Source: Lytechinus pictus (taxonomy: Eukaryota). Taken from it: a stretch of DNA of 64,000 nucleotides. A model generated the notes under the pieces. The model worked only from the letters and a program-made list of their open reading frames with translations. It was not told the origin of the DNA and searched no databases. Location: the NCBI RefSeq assembly GCF_037042905.1, contig NC_087247.1, positions 45,694,001-45,758,000 of the forward strand. The letters run 5' to 3'. Of the stretch, positions 26,516 to 40,000 are shown in pieces. Each line of letters opens with the position of its first letter. The first letter of the stretch is position 1. Position numbers and translations under genes: made by a program.

Positions 26516-28731
26516 CTTGTGGACTTGAGGAACACTGAGGAGAAGTGTCTGGAGCATGGCTGGGAGGTGTACAAAGCCAATGTGTTAGTGGCCAGTGGTA
26601 AATAAATTTAGATTTGTACCCAATATGTAATTATTTAAGGTTGTGTAAACATACTATCACCAGAATTCAGATACAATTATTTACGTCTATAACTTCACAA
26701 CTAATTTCTGAATTCTGATTTGATACCATGTAAGTGATAATGCTAAAACACTATATTTTATAACAGATCTCATAAATGGCTCACTGAAATTACTCTAAAT
26801 ATTTAGGTCTGTTCTTCATGTGTCTGTCCCTTACAGAATATGAGCTATTGTACTAAAAAAAGAAAGAGAATTTCTAAACACAACCAGGATTGATGAGGGG
26901 ACAGGTTATGGATGACTCTGATGGCGACATGACGGATGAGGACATCGACATGGAGGATGAGGCATCAACATAAAAAAAAAAGATGCAAGAAAGAGGGTAC
27001 GTTGTATTTTTGCACTTAAATTAAATTTTTCAGATGTGCATGAATCAGGAAACTTTCAAGCATAGCCAGGAAATTACAAAGTGATAAGGGTTTACCTGGA
27101 GCCCAGTATAAAGTCAACTTACTAGGAATACATGGAAGCAAGAGAAGCTTCCAGTTTATCACAATAGACAATGTAGGCTCCACCAAGACTGATCTGGCGG
27201 TAAGTCTTTATCTATGAGAAAAATGTCTGTGACATTGAAAACATAATCATGCCTTAGGTATGGACGGTTGCAAATTTTCTCATATCCAAGTCCTGCATCA
27301 CAGATAGTAGGAAATGGCCACATCTGCAATGTATCAAACTTCCTAATATCACAAAAAGGGAGCAGACACTCCAGATGATGTTTAATAAGCTTTGAGGTTT
27401 TACCAATCCAATGTTTTTATTTACAAAATCATTCAGTTCAACACCATCACAACTCACAAGCCAAACAAGATATTAAGGGTAGTTTTCAACCCCCCCCCCC
27501 AAAAAAAAGCATTTCCAGATTCCTTGATGAGGCTTTTCAGATAGAGGGTACATTTGAACCCTGCTCAGATTGATAATTTTGTTATGCCTAGTCAGATGTG
27601 TGTTGTAAAGTACAGTCCCAACAACCTGAAACAAAGTCAGATAACAGAGGCTGTCATACAACTGATTGTGTGATGCAATCTACCTCTTTCTTTCATGAAA
27701 AGTCTTACCTTCAGCAGCTCTTACAAATTATGGATCCATGCAAAGTGAGTCTTTCTCAGTGTTTCTTTCTATTTATTTAGCCTGAATAAAGATATTTGTA
27801 GTAATGAGTATTAGGAAGTACAATGTGGGAAAAATTATTCTTCAGAAAAATATCAATATGACAGCAAGAAGTTCAGAAGACATACCAAGATATGCCAATT
27901 TGAATTCATTAAAAATGAGAGGAAGAAGATAGTAACCTCCTTCAAAGGAATAAAAGCTCCTGACTGGATTGATCTTGAAGTAGGATTCTTATAGCAAGCC
28001 AGCACGGGTCAGATATGTTCCTTGAAGTCAAACTAGGAATAGTTGGATATCATGTCCCATGGACATAAGCCAGGATTGGTTGTACATAGTGTCCCATGTA
28101 GGCAAGCCAGAATTGGTTGCAACACAATTAAAAAACAATGACCTCGGAAAGCTGGCATCAAGAGCGGATAGCTAGGTCATCTAATTTTCACATCATGCTC
28201 ATCATCATTGTATTCATTTTTTAATTTTACCATCTAGGATATGTTGATCATTTCAAAGATATGCTTTATAAAGATTTGTTTGGAACACAAGGCTTCCTTC
28301 ATTGATAGAGAAAACCTTGATCTATACAGCTAAAAAGTTTTACTTGGAATGACAAGGCTTCCCATATTGATAAAGAAAACCTTCCTGTATAGAGCTTTAT
28401 AGGTGGATGGCAGCGAACCATCTTGATGAGGTCTGGGGATATCTAAAAAATATGCAAGCATTTAGAAAAGGACTTCCGGCGCTGACCAATGATGGCATCA
28501 TGGCTGGTCACCTTTAACAGCAAAATCATTTCTGCCAACAGCAAAGCTTTTCAAGAAGATGTCTGCTGATATTGTATCTCCTGTGACATTTGTCAAAGGA
28601 CAATGAAAAAGGGAATTAAATTGGTTGCATGTCTCTTATCTGTATAGGGAAGTGTTTAGAGCAAGCCTAAGCATGGGCCTCTTTCCCTAATAAAGGCTAT
28701 CTGGGAGGAAAAGGAGGCATCAAAAGAAATT

Positions 28732-28774
28732 AAACCATACTACATGTATTACCGTAATACATGTAGTATGGTTT
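28732..28774. repeat. Perfect 43-bp palindrome (21-bp arms, 1-nt spacer)
   Basis: aaaccatactacatgtattac-c-gtaatacatgtagtatggttt. Confidence 0.95.
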
Positions 28775-28879
28775 GCTGAACCGCACTACGAAAAAAAAAG
28801 TGACTTGGCCGTCACGCACGGAACATGTTATTGTGTTTGTCGTCAAGTCGCCATTTTGTTTTATCCTACCTACTTGGAC

Positions 28880-29511
28880 TGCGTTCGATAATGAAGAGTG
28901 TGCTGATTATCTACCATAGTAACTTGGACTGTGAGAGAATCTTTTCCATGGTGACCAAGAACAAAAACAAGGAACGAGCAAGTATGACCACGGCCACACT
29001 TAGCTCAATTATGACACACAAGCTTGCCATGCAAAACAGAGACATTACATGCTACGCCGCTTCTTACAGTGTAAGTGTGCTCAAGAATGCAAAGACAGCC
29101 ACGTACAAAGCACTCCATCAGAAGGAAGGTGCTTCAAGTTCCACATAATAATATTTAAGTTCAGTTGAAAGGTAGGTATATGTGTAGTGTAAATAGTGCA
29201 AAATGTTGGGTGACATCAAAATTAAGAGACTTGCTGTTGTATTACAAATAAATTACAAATAAATACAAATAAATTACAAATGATAAAAATGTACAAGCCC
29301 ACTTTGATTACACCACAGTGTATTTCAAAAGATTTTGCAACCTTCAATACATTCATTTCAAGTATGAAAATTGTGTTCCCTTGGCCTTTAAAGTTGCTAA
29401 AATCCAACAGCTTCAAGGGGCCTGCCCCCTGAACCCCCGCAAGGGGCGCTGCTCCTGGACCCCCAGCCGGTGGTTGTCCAGATTTTGGGTTTCAAAATGT
29501 TGGCAGGTATG
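28880..29511 (+). mobile_element. 3' remnant of a hAT transposon: C-terminal dimerisation domain plus right TIR
   Basis: IMKSVLIIYHSNLDCERIFSMVTKNKNKERASMTTATLSSIM matches the hAT dimerisation motif S-N-x-x-C-E-R-x-F-S; stop at 29148; terminal gttggcaggtatg at 29499-29511. Confidence 0.8.
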
Positions 29512-30615
29512 CAATTGGTGGCAGCAGTTTAACTGGATGCTGAAGGCTTCACTGCCGTTTGACCTGAAATGTGACAAAGTATGTCACTTGTGTATATAAT
29601 ACAAGAAGGTTTTACTTTCACATGCAATGTGGGGAGTAGTGCATGACACCTGTTGTTTTCTGACATGACAGGTCCCATGTCAATTCTAGGCTATCAACCT
29701 GTCACAATTATAATTACATGCTGATATTTCATCTTATGTTCTGACCAGATTTTGAATCATGTTTTTTTACTGGTCAGCAGAAGTTAGGTGAAGCATCCTT
29801 GGGTTGGGATGCTTGAGACCTTCTGAGATGTAAATATTTGAGGAGTCAATTTTAGTTTCAAAGGGAAGGTCTTTCACCTTATAATGTTATATTTTATATC
29901 ATATTGTTGCCAGGAATGGCAAGAGGTCCATTTGAATAAATCTAGGTATAGATAGGGGAAATTGGGGGAAAATAGTTAATTTTCAACCATCGACTAGCCT
30001 ATCTGATATGCGTCGGCTAGTGGGCAAGTTACTTATCGCATGAAGGAGACTGACGGGCGAGGGCAAAGCCCGAGCACCTATCATCACTGGTAAAGTCATC
30101 ATTATGCATATATGGTTATCGTATGCGTGACATACTTCTTATTATGCATCGTTCATGATTCATGTGGCGATCAACTGTATTTATTCAACCAATCAAATAT
30201 TATCACGAAGCTCCAATTTTATTGGTAGATCATACATGGGTAGATTTAGAAGATCAAAAATTTAATAAATTTTTTGTTTCCTTATATTTCTTTTAATTTT
30301 TTATGAATAAATAAGCTCTTGTGTCAAACAATCTACTTTATTTGGAGTTTAATTGAAGAATTATTTGTTTTCTCTCACATCTTGTATCCGCTTCGAAGTA
30401 GTTACTGAATATAGTCTTTCTGCAAGTCTGTAGCCATTTACTTATCTGTTATAATACATGACGTGCGTACCTGATAGCTATTACAAATTATAAATGTGCA
30501 TAATGACGCACTATTCTAGCCTATCTGTTCCAAGGGACCACAACAATTCGTTCCGGGGTACGAGAGAGAAACTCGACATGTGATCCCAATGGAAAAGACC
30601 TAGCTAGTAAACATC

Positions 30616-30852
30616 ATGACTTTGAACACCAGGATCTATTTTCTTTGTCAGAAAGATATTGTAACTTGTAGGAATTACAAGAAAGTAGATCGAGATATTG
30701 AAGAAAAGCTCTTACGACTGAATCTTCCCGCCCCTGCCGCTGGGTCAGGCCTGCCTGTATATGCTGGAACTCCAGATACACCAGCTCCAAGTCTAACCAC
30801 AGCCAACTACATCTGTCGATCGTGTCTCAATAAGTTACATGCAGCATACTGA
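30616..30852 (+). pseudogene. Short ORF with a degenerate zinc-binding (zf-AD-like) pattern, probably transposon-derived
   Basis: YFLCQK ... YICRSCLNKL; lies between repeat sequence and the Gypsy remnant. Confidence 0.3.
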
Positions 30853-30911
30853 TTTCAAGATACAGTCACAAACACCACCACCAAGTCCTACCACTAAAAG
30901 TCCTACCCTCT

Positions 30912-31610
30912 GCTTTAAGAAGCTGCAAACTTCATCAGTGGTTGACCAATCCACCAGTACTAGCATACCTAGATTTCACAAAACCTTAGATGCCAGCAAT
31001 AAAGGGCTGGGGCAGTCCTCTCACATCAGATCAATGGGAAGGAGCATATGATTGCATATGCAAGTCAGGGAATTGGGAAAGCAGAGAGGAATAATGTCAA
31101 CTACAGTGCTTTCAAGCTTGAGCTACTGGCATTGAAATGAGAAAATTTTAAAGGATTATTTGCTTGGATCTGTGGGAGATGATTTCACTGATCACAACCC
31201 ATTGGTGCATCTGGAAATTGCATCTCTCAGTGTGACAGAGTAGAGATGGGTAGCAATTCACGACAAACCTGGACGCCTCAACACAAATGAAGACATTCTT
31301 TCCCGTCTGGAGCCCCATTAGGAGCCAAAGGGGGATGTGAAACGCAGGATGAAAGCATCGTCAGGGCATATCTGTATGATAGCATGGAAGATGAGTAAGA
31401 AGGCCAAGTCTGTGGAATTAAGGTAGACCTGCGTGGGAACCCAATAGTGATAAGCATTTCAGCAGAGGATCTCGAGAGAGAACAATGTCAAGATCCAGTA
31501 AATTCTAAAGTTCTGGAATTCTTCTGGAGGGGAATAAATCCAATGACTTCCCAGAAGGAGGGGTTGAACAAAGACACACGCCGCCTTATAAACGAATGGG
31601 ATCGGCTTTC
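30912..31610 (+). mobile_element. Decayed Ty3/Gypsy LTR retrotransposon pol fragment (RT connection, RNase H, pre-integrase linker)
   Basis: Across frameshifts: LTNPPVLAYLDFTKP, DASNKGLG, IAYASQGIGKAERNNVNYSAFKLELLALK, KDYLLG, FTDHNPLVHL, KPGRLNTNEDILSRL, EQCQDP. Confidence 0.9.
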
Positions 31611-31944
31611 TCAAATGTCCGCTCCGCAAAGAAAAGTTACAATAAATGTAACAAAAGCTCATGATTGGCTCAAAACAATGCTGAATTACGGCGCTTTAGA
31701 GTTAGAATTATGATCAGAAAATGCAATTTGGTTGCTGAAATGTTAATCAAAACCATTCACAGATGGGGAAGAAGGAAGTGACTGTGATTATGGAGTGTGC
31801 AGCACATATTCAAGAACCTGCGAATATGTTTTGAAGCCGCCAAGCAGAAAATTGATCCCGGGAAAATAACAGCGTTTACAGTATCACATTTGAAGAGTGT
31901 TACAAAATTTCTTAGAGCATAGTCAGCAATAATATATCAGAAAG

Positions 31945-33050
31945 CTGTTTCATAAAGTTGTTCGTAAGTTAAGAGCGACTTTAAGAACGACGGGTGATCC
32001 TTTCTTACGCGCTAAAGCATTGCCAATGAAAATACCATTTACCACCAGTCGTTCTTAAAGTCGTTCTTAACTAACAAACAGCTTTATGAAACAAGTGGAA
32101 TGCCTCTGGCCGTCTCACCTGCATCACACGATTCAATATAGCAGCAGTGCTGATTTTGAAAACTACTATAACTCGCACAAGATGTTCAGTGATACTTGGT
32201 TACTCTTATTTCCACGTTTTATGAACTAGACCAATACACTTATAGAGATATGATGGCAATTCAACAAATACCCCCAACGTGGCCAAAGTTCTTTGACCTT
32301 ACATGACCTTTGACCTTGATCATGTGACCTGAAACTCGCACAGGATGTTCAGTGATACTTGATTACTATTATGTCCAAGTTTTATGAACTAGACCAACAC
32401 ACTTTCAAATTTATGGCTGTAATTCAACAAATACCCCAATTTGGCCAAAGTTCATTGACCCTAAATGACCTTTGACCTTGATCATGTGACCTGAAACTTG
32501 CACAGGATGTTCAGTAATACTTGATTACTATTATGTCCAAGTTTCATGTTTCAGATCCATAAACTTTCAAAGTTATGATGGTAATTCAACAGATACCCCC
32601 AATTCGGCCAAAGTTCATTGACCCTAAATGACCTTTGACCTTGGTCATGTGATGTGAAACTCATGCAGGATGTTTAGTGATACTTGATTAACCTTATGTA
32701 TAAGTTTCATGAACTAGGTCCATATATTTTCTAAGTTATGATGACATTTCAAAAATTTAACCTTAGGTTAAGATTTTGATGTTGATTCCCCCAACATGGT
32801 CTAAGTTCATTGACCCTAAATGACCTTTGACCTTGGTCATGTGACATGAAACTCAGGCAGGATGTTCAGTAATACTTGATTAACCTTATGGCCAAGTTTC
32901 ATGAACTAGGTCCATATACTTTCTAAGTTATGCTGTCATTTCAAAAACTTAACCTCAGGTTAAGATTTGGTGTTGACGCCGCCGCCGCCGTCGGAAAAGC
33001 GGCGCCTATAGTCTCACTCTGCTATGCAGGTGAGACAAAAACCCACCAGG
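31945..33050. mobile_element. Small palindromic MITE whose right TIR is interrupted by a HINE insertion
   Basis: gtttcataaagttgttcgtaagttaagagcgactttaagaacgac versus gtcgttcttaaagtcgttcttaactaacaaacagctttatgaaa; after the HINE the sequence resumes acccaccagg. Confidence 0.65.
32091..33040 (-). mobile_element. Helentron-associated non-autonomous element (HINE/DINE-1-like) with internal tandem repeats
   Basis: Subterminal inverted repeats gtctcacctgcat/atgcaggtgagac, (GCC)n microsatellite, four to five roughly 160-190 bp tandem units containing tgacctttgacctt, T-rich insertion site, no TSD. Confidence 0.85.
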
Positions 33051-33890
33051 AGTATTTTTCTTTTCTGAAAATCAAGCCTGTGTTTACTGATTTATGCAAG
33101 GTACCAGCTGTAACATGTTCTTCACTATTTGCAAACCCCTTTATATAAGATCATTATCATATCAATACCCTGTTATTCCATCAAAGATAATGGCCTCAAT
33201 TTATCCTTCCAGAACGTAAACATGAATACTTCTTGGATACAAACCCAGTATCTGAAAAGAAAACACCTAGCTCACACCGGTTATTCAGAGGCATTCCCTG
33301 CCCTATCATTCATGGGCCAAGTACTATGATGAAGCCATTGATGTGTTCACAACGTCTGCAGGTTGCCAATTTTGTTACGTTTATTGAGGACAGCAGAAGC
33401 AATTTCATCATCTCTGATGAGTACATATCCTCTTTCTGTTCAATGCATCCTGGTATAGGTCAATATCTGGATTTAAGATAAAAGAAGTATGTTTTTTAAT
33501 GTACAGTGACAAAGTATGAAGATGGTGGGGGCATTCATGATAGAGGAGTCTCATATTATATACACAGCGGTATTAACCTTACTGTTATCCAATGTTTACA
33601 AGTCCTAAGCACACACATTATAAACCTAGAGACAGACTCCATTATCACATTTAAAAGTACAAGATATGAATGTTTTGTATAGACCAGTATTTTGATTTCC
33701 CATTTTTCTTAATCATAAGTTTAGACTTTATTAAATTATAGAAGTAAAAAATAGTCAATTTTTCTTCAGACCTATAATTCAAAATTCATAAACTCAGTTA
33801 TTTTTTCTATCAAGAATATCCAATTTAGGTAAGTTGTCTTTAAGAGTTCAGCTTCATAGAATATAGTACTCACATTTCATTGATGTCATC

Positions 33891-34009
33891 TCAGCAACCC
33901 AATGTCTCAATAAGATCATGGTATCTCTTTCTCAACATATGTGCCTCTGTTTTGGGTTGCCGTTGGCGAGTGAAAATCCCCTTCCGGTTTCCCACTACCC
34001 GTTTTGTGC
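33891..34009 (-). CDS. GUSB: GUSB exon 12, coding part to stop
   Basis: ttttag|[42 protein letters not shown]. Confidence 0.95.
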
Positions 34010-37000
34010 CTAAAAAAACCCAAGGAACAAATGAATCATTGTCTTTACATTCTTCCAATAAAGCCAATAAAGAAGATTTACTTCATTTCCATGAACTTAC
34101 AAATATATAAAAACATCTAAGATATTAAGATGTTACATTAAGATAGTTGAGCCTGCTATCAAAGTAAAATGGAATTCTTTAAAAGTAAAAGTAAAAACAT
34201 TATCAATCATAGAAGGGGGTTTCATTATGATTAAATTGCCAGAAATTATACCCACATATGACCAGCTGATCACATAACTGCTTGAATCTTATAATTCAGA
34301 CTGTTGAATATGATGAGAAATCACCTGACAACAAATCATGGTAACAAATTACTACAATTTACACTATTTCATGGTTCATTCTTAAAAATGAGACCTCCAA
34401 TTTTAGTAACTACAAAATCAGCTGTTGACATGTTTTGATAATACCTTGCACTAGTCTAATGCATAGAAAAGTGCACGTTTCAAAGAGATTTCTCACCTTG
34501 TTGTGTATTGAAGTCAGCAAAGTTCCATACCAATTCACCAATAAAGAAGTCCTGTCGAAGCTTATCAAAAGACATGTGATAGTTTCCCATCATCTCTACC
34601 TGATATTCCTCTGTGAACATGACTGCTGGAGACTGCATTAAAGAAGATAAACCATGATATTCTCATTAGATAAATGTCCAGTTTTGTGAACACATTTGTT
34701 TGTTTCCATCTCATGAGATGCAAGAGGCCAAACTCAGATATACTTAAAAAATTTCCCCCCAGATCAAAATATATTATGGATAAAAGAATGTGAAAATTGG
34801 CTAAACCTCAGATAAATACTCATGCATTATATACCTGTACAAGATGATTTATGTCTACATTTTGTTTAGTATATTAAACCTGATAGCTTGTGGGGGCAAA
34901 TAAAGCTTTATGAGTCTGTACTTTTTCCACATGGATTCATTTCTTGATAAAATTGATGAATTACATTCTGAATTTTCAAATTTGATGTACTCACCATATG
35001 AAATCCAGCAATGGTTCCTGCTCCATATTCCGTTTGTAGAACAGGTTTCTTGTAGTAATCATGCCAGGTGGACAGGTAATTATTGACCTGAAGGGTCACG
35101 ACCTCTAGATGACCTGGATGACTGTACCACGAGAAGTAGCTATTCAGACACAAAACATCCACAAACTTGGCCTATAGTTCAAAACAGAAAAAAGATAGTT
35201 TATTGAGACTTTGTTTCACTTTGTACTCAAATAGCACGTCCAAACATTTTTATGGTGTTTTACGACTCTTTGTCGAACAAGTTGTGCATTTTTAGTTTGT
35301 GCATTTTGAGTTTGAATTGATCATTAATCACTAAAAGTGGTAGCCTTAAGGTGTGAATATAAGAAATGATGTGCTAATAATCTTTGAAAGTTCATCCTTC
35401 ATCTTAGGAAATTTGCAGAATTTTCTTTCTATCATTGGGTGTACCAAAGAAAATACAATGCTGACTAGTGACATACATATTATCATTATTCAGCCAACAA
35501 ATATTAAATCACTAAAAGTGCACATCATTCGAACTTGCATATATACATTTACTACAAAGAGTCATAAAACACAAAGTACTTGCTATTTGTGTGTATAATC
35601 TACTTGAGAATGCTGGTATACAGTGGGATTGGTCCCTTGCTTGATCACATATACATATATTATAAATTTCAAATGTAATATCTGTAATTGTTGAGAAAAA
35701 TAGTGAATATGAGAGAAGACATTGATTTAAAGTAAAAGCAAAATAAACCCTTTAAACTATTTAGAAAATAAGAAGACATACTGCATGATCTTTTTCTGGT
35801 GGGTGTCCATTTGCAACGAATGTAACAGGTCGATGAGGATCCAATTTTCTTGTGTATGCAATCACATTCCTGCAAACAGAATACATATGGGTTATGTTAA
35901 CATATTCTGATTGCTCAAGATATTCAATAGGATATCCTGCTTACAAAATTTTTGTGAATTATAATCAAATTATTTCACTTGTCAATCAAAACAAGCAAGG
36001 CAAATGATATCAATTATGACTGACATGGTTGTAAATATAAAAATTAATCAGTAAAGACATTCTTAAATGAATCTAGATGTAACCATAATTTATATTTATA
36101 TGCTAACCTCATACATCAGCACTATTACCATGGCTTTAGCAGGCTACCATGATTGGATGCTCCAGTATTCAAGGAATTTCTTCCTACCAATTACCCACTA
36201 CACCTGGGTGGAGAGTGGCAAATGTAGATAAACACCTTGCCAATGGACGAAAGTGCTGTGGTGGGGCTTGAACCCCAGACTTTGTGGTTCAAAGTCCAGA
36301 GACTTTTCCACTGAGCCACAGCACCTCTACTCCTTAATTCTGAGTCAACCGCACGTACAGGGAATATGTTCACACTCAGTTCAAATGCTTCACTTGACAT
36401 CTTTTTATCCCGCCTCAATTTGACTAAAAGTCAAAGCTATTTCATTAATATATCCTGTTTGGATTCTAGACAGCCAAACATACATGGCAAAAAAAAAATC
36501 TAAAATGGAAAGTAGGCTAGTCTCTGCCCCCAACATATATCATTATTGGCTTATAGAGTTATCTCAAAAACATGTTATCTAAATTGAGAGGACTTTTAAG
36601 ATGAGGGGTAGGAGAAGGGGGTGAGTCATAATGATGCAACCACACTGTTTTTGGAATAAGTGTTGTTACCAACATTACATTTTGTCTAAGTTATTTTATT
36701 CAATAACATCATGTACACAATTTGGTAGCCTTTCTTTACTCTCTGTGTGCAATGTGCATCATAATACAGGGATGTTCCAAGTTTTCTCAAATATTAATTA
36801 TTCATTCATAATCATTAAAGATAATCCTCTGTTTCATTTCTATATCTACAGCATAATTGGAGTGGACCAGGCCAGCTGAGTCACCGACTTTCCAGGACTG
36901 ATTTTACATGTTAGCTATCAATCAGTCCTAGGCATTTACAAGAGCAATTTCGAGCAGACCAGAGAGAAATCGCATGTCGCTCATGTATATTTTCAACCCT

Positions 37001-40000
37001 GAAGTGTTCATTCACTGGAATATTTGGGACTTGCACAAAGAACATCCCAATGTCATCTCAAGTCCTAAATGGTTATATGGTTTTAGGATAAAAATGATTA
37101 GCAGCCTGCCTTTAAAACAATATCAGGTATCTAAATGTAAATTCAGACAGATGATTTGTGACTTACTCAAAGTATGGTCCAGTAACATCCAGAGTTGTGA
37201 AAGGTTCATTAGCCACTGACCACATGACCACTGATGGACGGTTTTTATCCCTTCGTACCAACTCCGACATAACTTCATGATGATGCTCCAAGGTGGCATT
37301 TACAAAATTATCACGCCTGGAAAAGAAGAATATAGCATCCAATTTATGTTTGCATCCAATCCAGAGTTAAACATCATGACTGGGTCTTCTTTACATTGAC
37401 TGGAGATGCTTTCATAGTCTCTGGCTTTTAGACTTAAAAAAAACCATGCATTGCTGAGAATAATTTTTATTCATATGCAAAACCATTATGTCTCCTAACT
37501 TTCTGTCTTCTATCCAGATTCAGCAAACTTCCTGAACTTGATCAAAAGCTACTATTTCATTATTTACAAAACAAAGTGAGTTTGAAACTTGCGCCTCCTT
37601 CAGTACAGATATCGTTATTTTTGTGCCAAATTTGAAATATGCTTACGGGAGATTCAGTTGGTTACAGTTTACGCAGCTCTCCTTCCAACAGAAACTGTCT
37701 ATATTGGATTGCTGAGGGGCTACAAAGCCCTCTAAATCCTGCCACACCACCATATTTACTGTCTGACTCTTTTAATACTTAAGTCCAAAATAACAATGAA
37801 CATAATAGCTCATTGTTACAGCCATAGGTGTCCAAGCAGACAGAACAAAAAACAAAAAGAGATTCCAACTTCAGGATAAGCTAAACAATAATGGTATAGG
37901 TCTCGCCAAGAGGTGAGTTTAAAAAGAAAGAAAAAGATCAATGGATACAAAGATAATACCCAATTGAGTCTTAGTATAGGATATGGTAGAGATGAACACA
38001 CAAATTATCAGTCATTGAAAACAAACTCTCCAACACGAATATCATAAAGATGAGGATTATACCATAGGTCTAACCTGAGGGTGTACAACACTATTCATGG
38101 ACACTACTGAACCTAGTAATTAACACAAAGCAGATTCTCATTGCTGATTTAGCTACCTCTGCCTCACTGATTATTATTCATGTCATGTACAAATTATAAC
38201 CAAGAGTAGCCTGTTGAATTTCAAATTGAAGCATAAATTGAACACCTGAATGAACAAGCAAGGATCATCAAAGCATTACAAATATGCTTCAGTGATTACA
38301 GAATGGTATGATAATGACAATAATTTGCCCGATCGGTCATATTCTGTTCATTCACAAATGAACATGTTTCCCAATATGGATTGAATCAAATGATGTTTTG
38401 CCTTAGGATGTAGTTGGTGATGCATTAACGTCTCATTTCCAAAAAGAACCAAATTGAAATGTAAAAATACATGCATTCATTATACCAGTGGGTTTCAATT
38501 ATTTTGCATGCAAATGTAAAAATTTCCCCTATGTGGTGCAATGCATCAATCTACTGCACAATTGAGACTAAAGTGAGGCAGCAGACAGATGATTTTACAA
38601 CTTCTTCAATCATCAAGCAATTTATTCATGAATTTGTTGCCATGCCAACAATAATTTGAACATTGATTTTGACAGTTCTTGGAAGAATGTATTCAAACCT
38701 TTCACCAAGGTTATCACAGCAAGAGAAGCAGAGTGGCAGCAATTAGATTGAATTTAGAGAACAAAGACTAAATGATTCCTTTCAAAAATGGGTTGATAAA
38801 AATTCAGACTTACAAATGCATGCCAACAGCAGGGCTCTCATCAATTACCACAATACCATGCCTGTCACAGAGGTTCATGATCTCTTCAGAGTATGGGTAA
38901 TGACTCGTCCTAAATGCGTTTGCTCCGAGCCACTTCAAAAGGTTGATGTCTTTGATGATGAGGGGCAAGTCAAAGCCTTTACCTCTTATCTAAACAACAG
39001 ATAGCCAGACATATAAATTGTATGATACATCTATTATCTATACTACCAATATCTTAAAGAGAAAAGCTTTCAATGGCACATTGATTAAGACAAAAACTAC
39101 ATCAATGTGTGTCAGAGGTGATTTTCAATTCATCATGAAAAAAGAGAGTCTATCCTGAGGCACATGGAATTGTTGCTTATTTAAAACTGGTTATTACTGC
39201 ATTGTTATAATAAACTGGTGACTCTGCTTGCACTATCACATCTGTGAGTTTTGCTCATGTTCCAATCATATTTTTTTCGCATTCTTTGTCTGTATACAAC
39301 TCTGTTATGACATTCTTTTTACCAACTGCAGGTAAATACTCAATTAAATTAGTTTAGTAAGAATGTACATTACAGGATACAAGCGGGATTGCCAACAATA
39401 TGATTTAAATTAGTGCCAATAGCCAACCAGAGTCAACATAAGCTAGCCAACACAATACTGCTCTCATTGTTGATATTTAATTCTTACATCTGCATCTTCA
39501 TGTTTGTTGACTCCATGGAAATAGAATGGTTGATCGTTGATGAGGAACTGTTTACTTGTGACTTTGACTGTGCGGATACCAACAGGAAGACGATAAACAT
39601 CAATTGTGCCTTCAAAGGAAACCGAAACCTTCAAAAGAAACAGAAAAGAGAGACATGAGGAATTCCATTGAACTTCCCATAAAATCAATGCACATTAAAC
39701 AAGTGTCTAGAACATCACATACATATTTCTAGTAATCTAACCTCTACATCAAGTGTGTCTGCAACTTTGATCATATGCAATTTAAGTGTTTCATAATATA
39801 CCAACTTACCAAGTGAGTAGAAAAAACTTCTACTGCCTTGCCTTTCAATTAATTCCATGTTTCCATCCAATATTTCAATCCAAAAGGAATGCACACCTGT
39901 AACTACATTTCTCAGATAATTTCTTTACCTTGAATGTGTAGAGATAGGCTGAGTCATTATGCATCGTGTAGGGCCACCACAGCTTGGCATCATTAACCAC

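Noticed and set aside
33891-33899. Selenocysteine at the GUSB Gly-Cys-TGA
   Set aside because: It resembles the thioredoxin reductase GCU motif, but I could not see a canonical SECIS downstream and GH2 enzymes are not known selenoproteins; a SECISearch run would settle it
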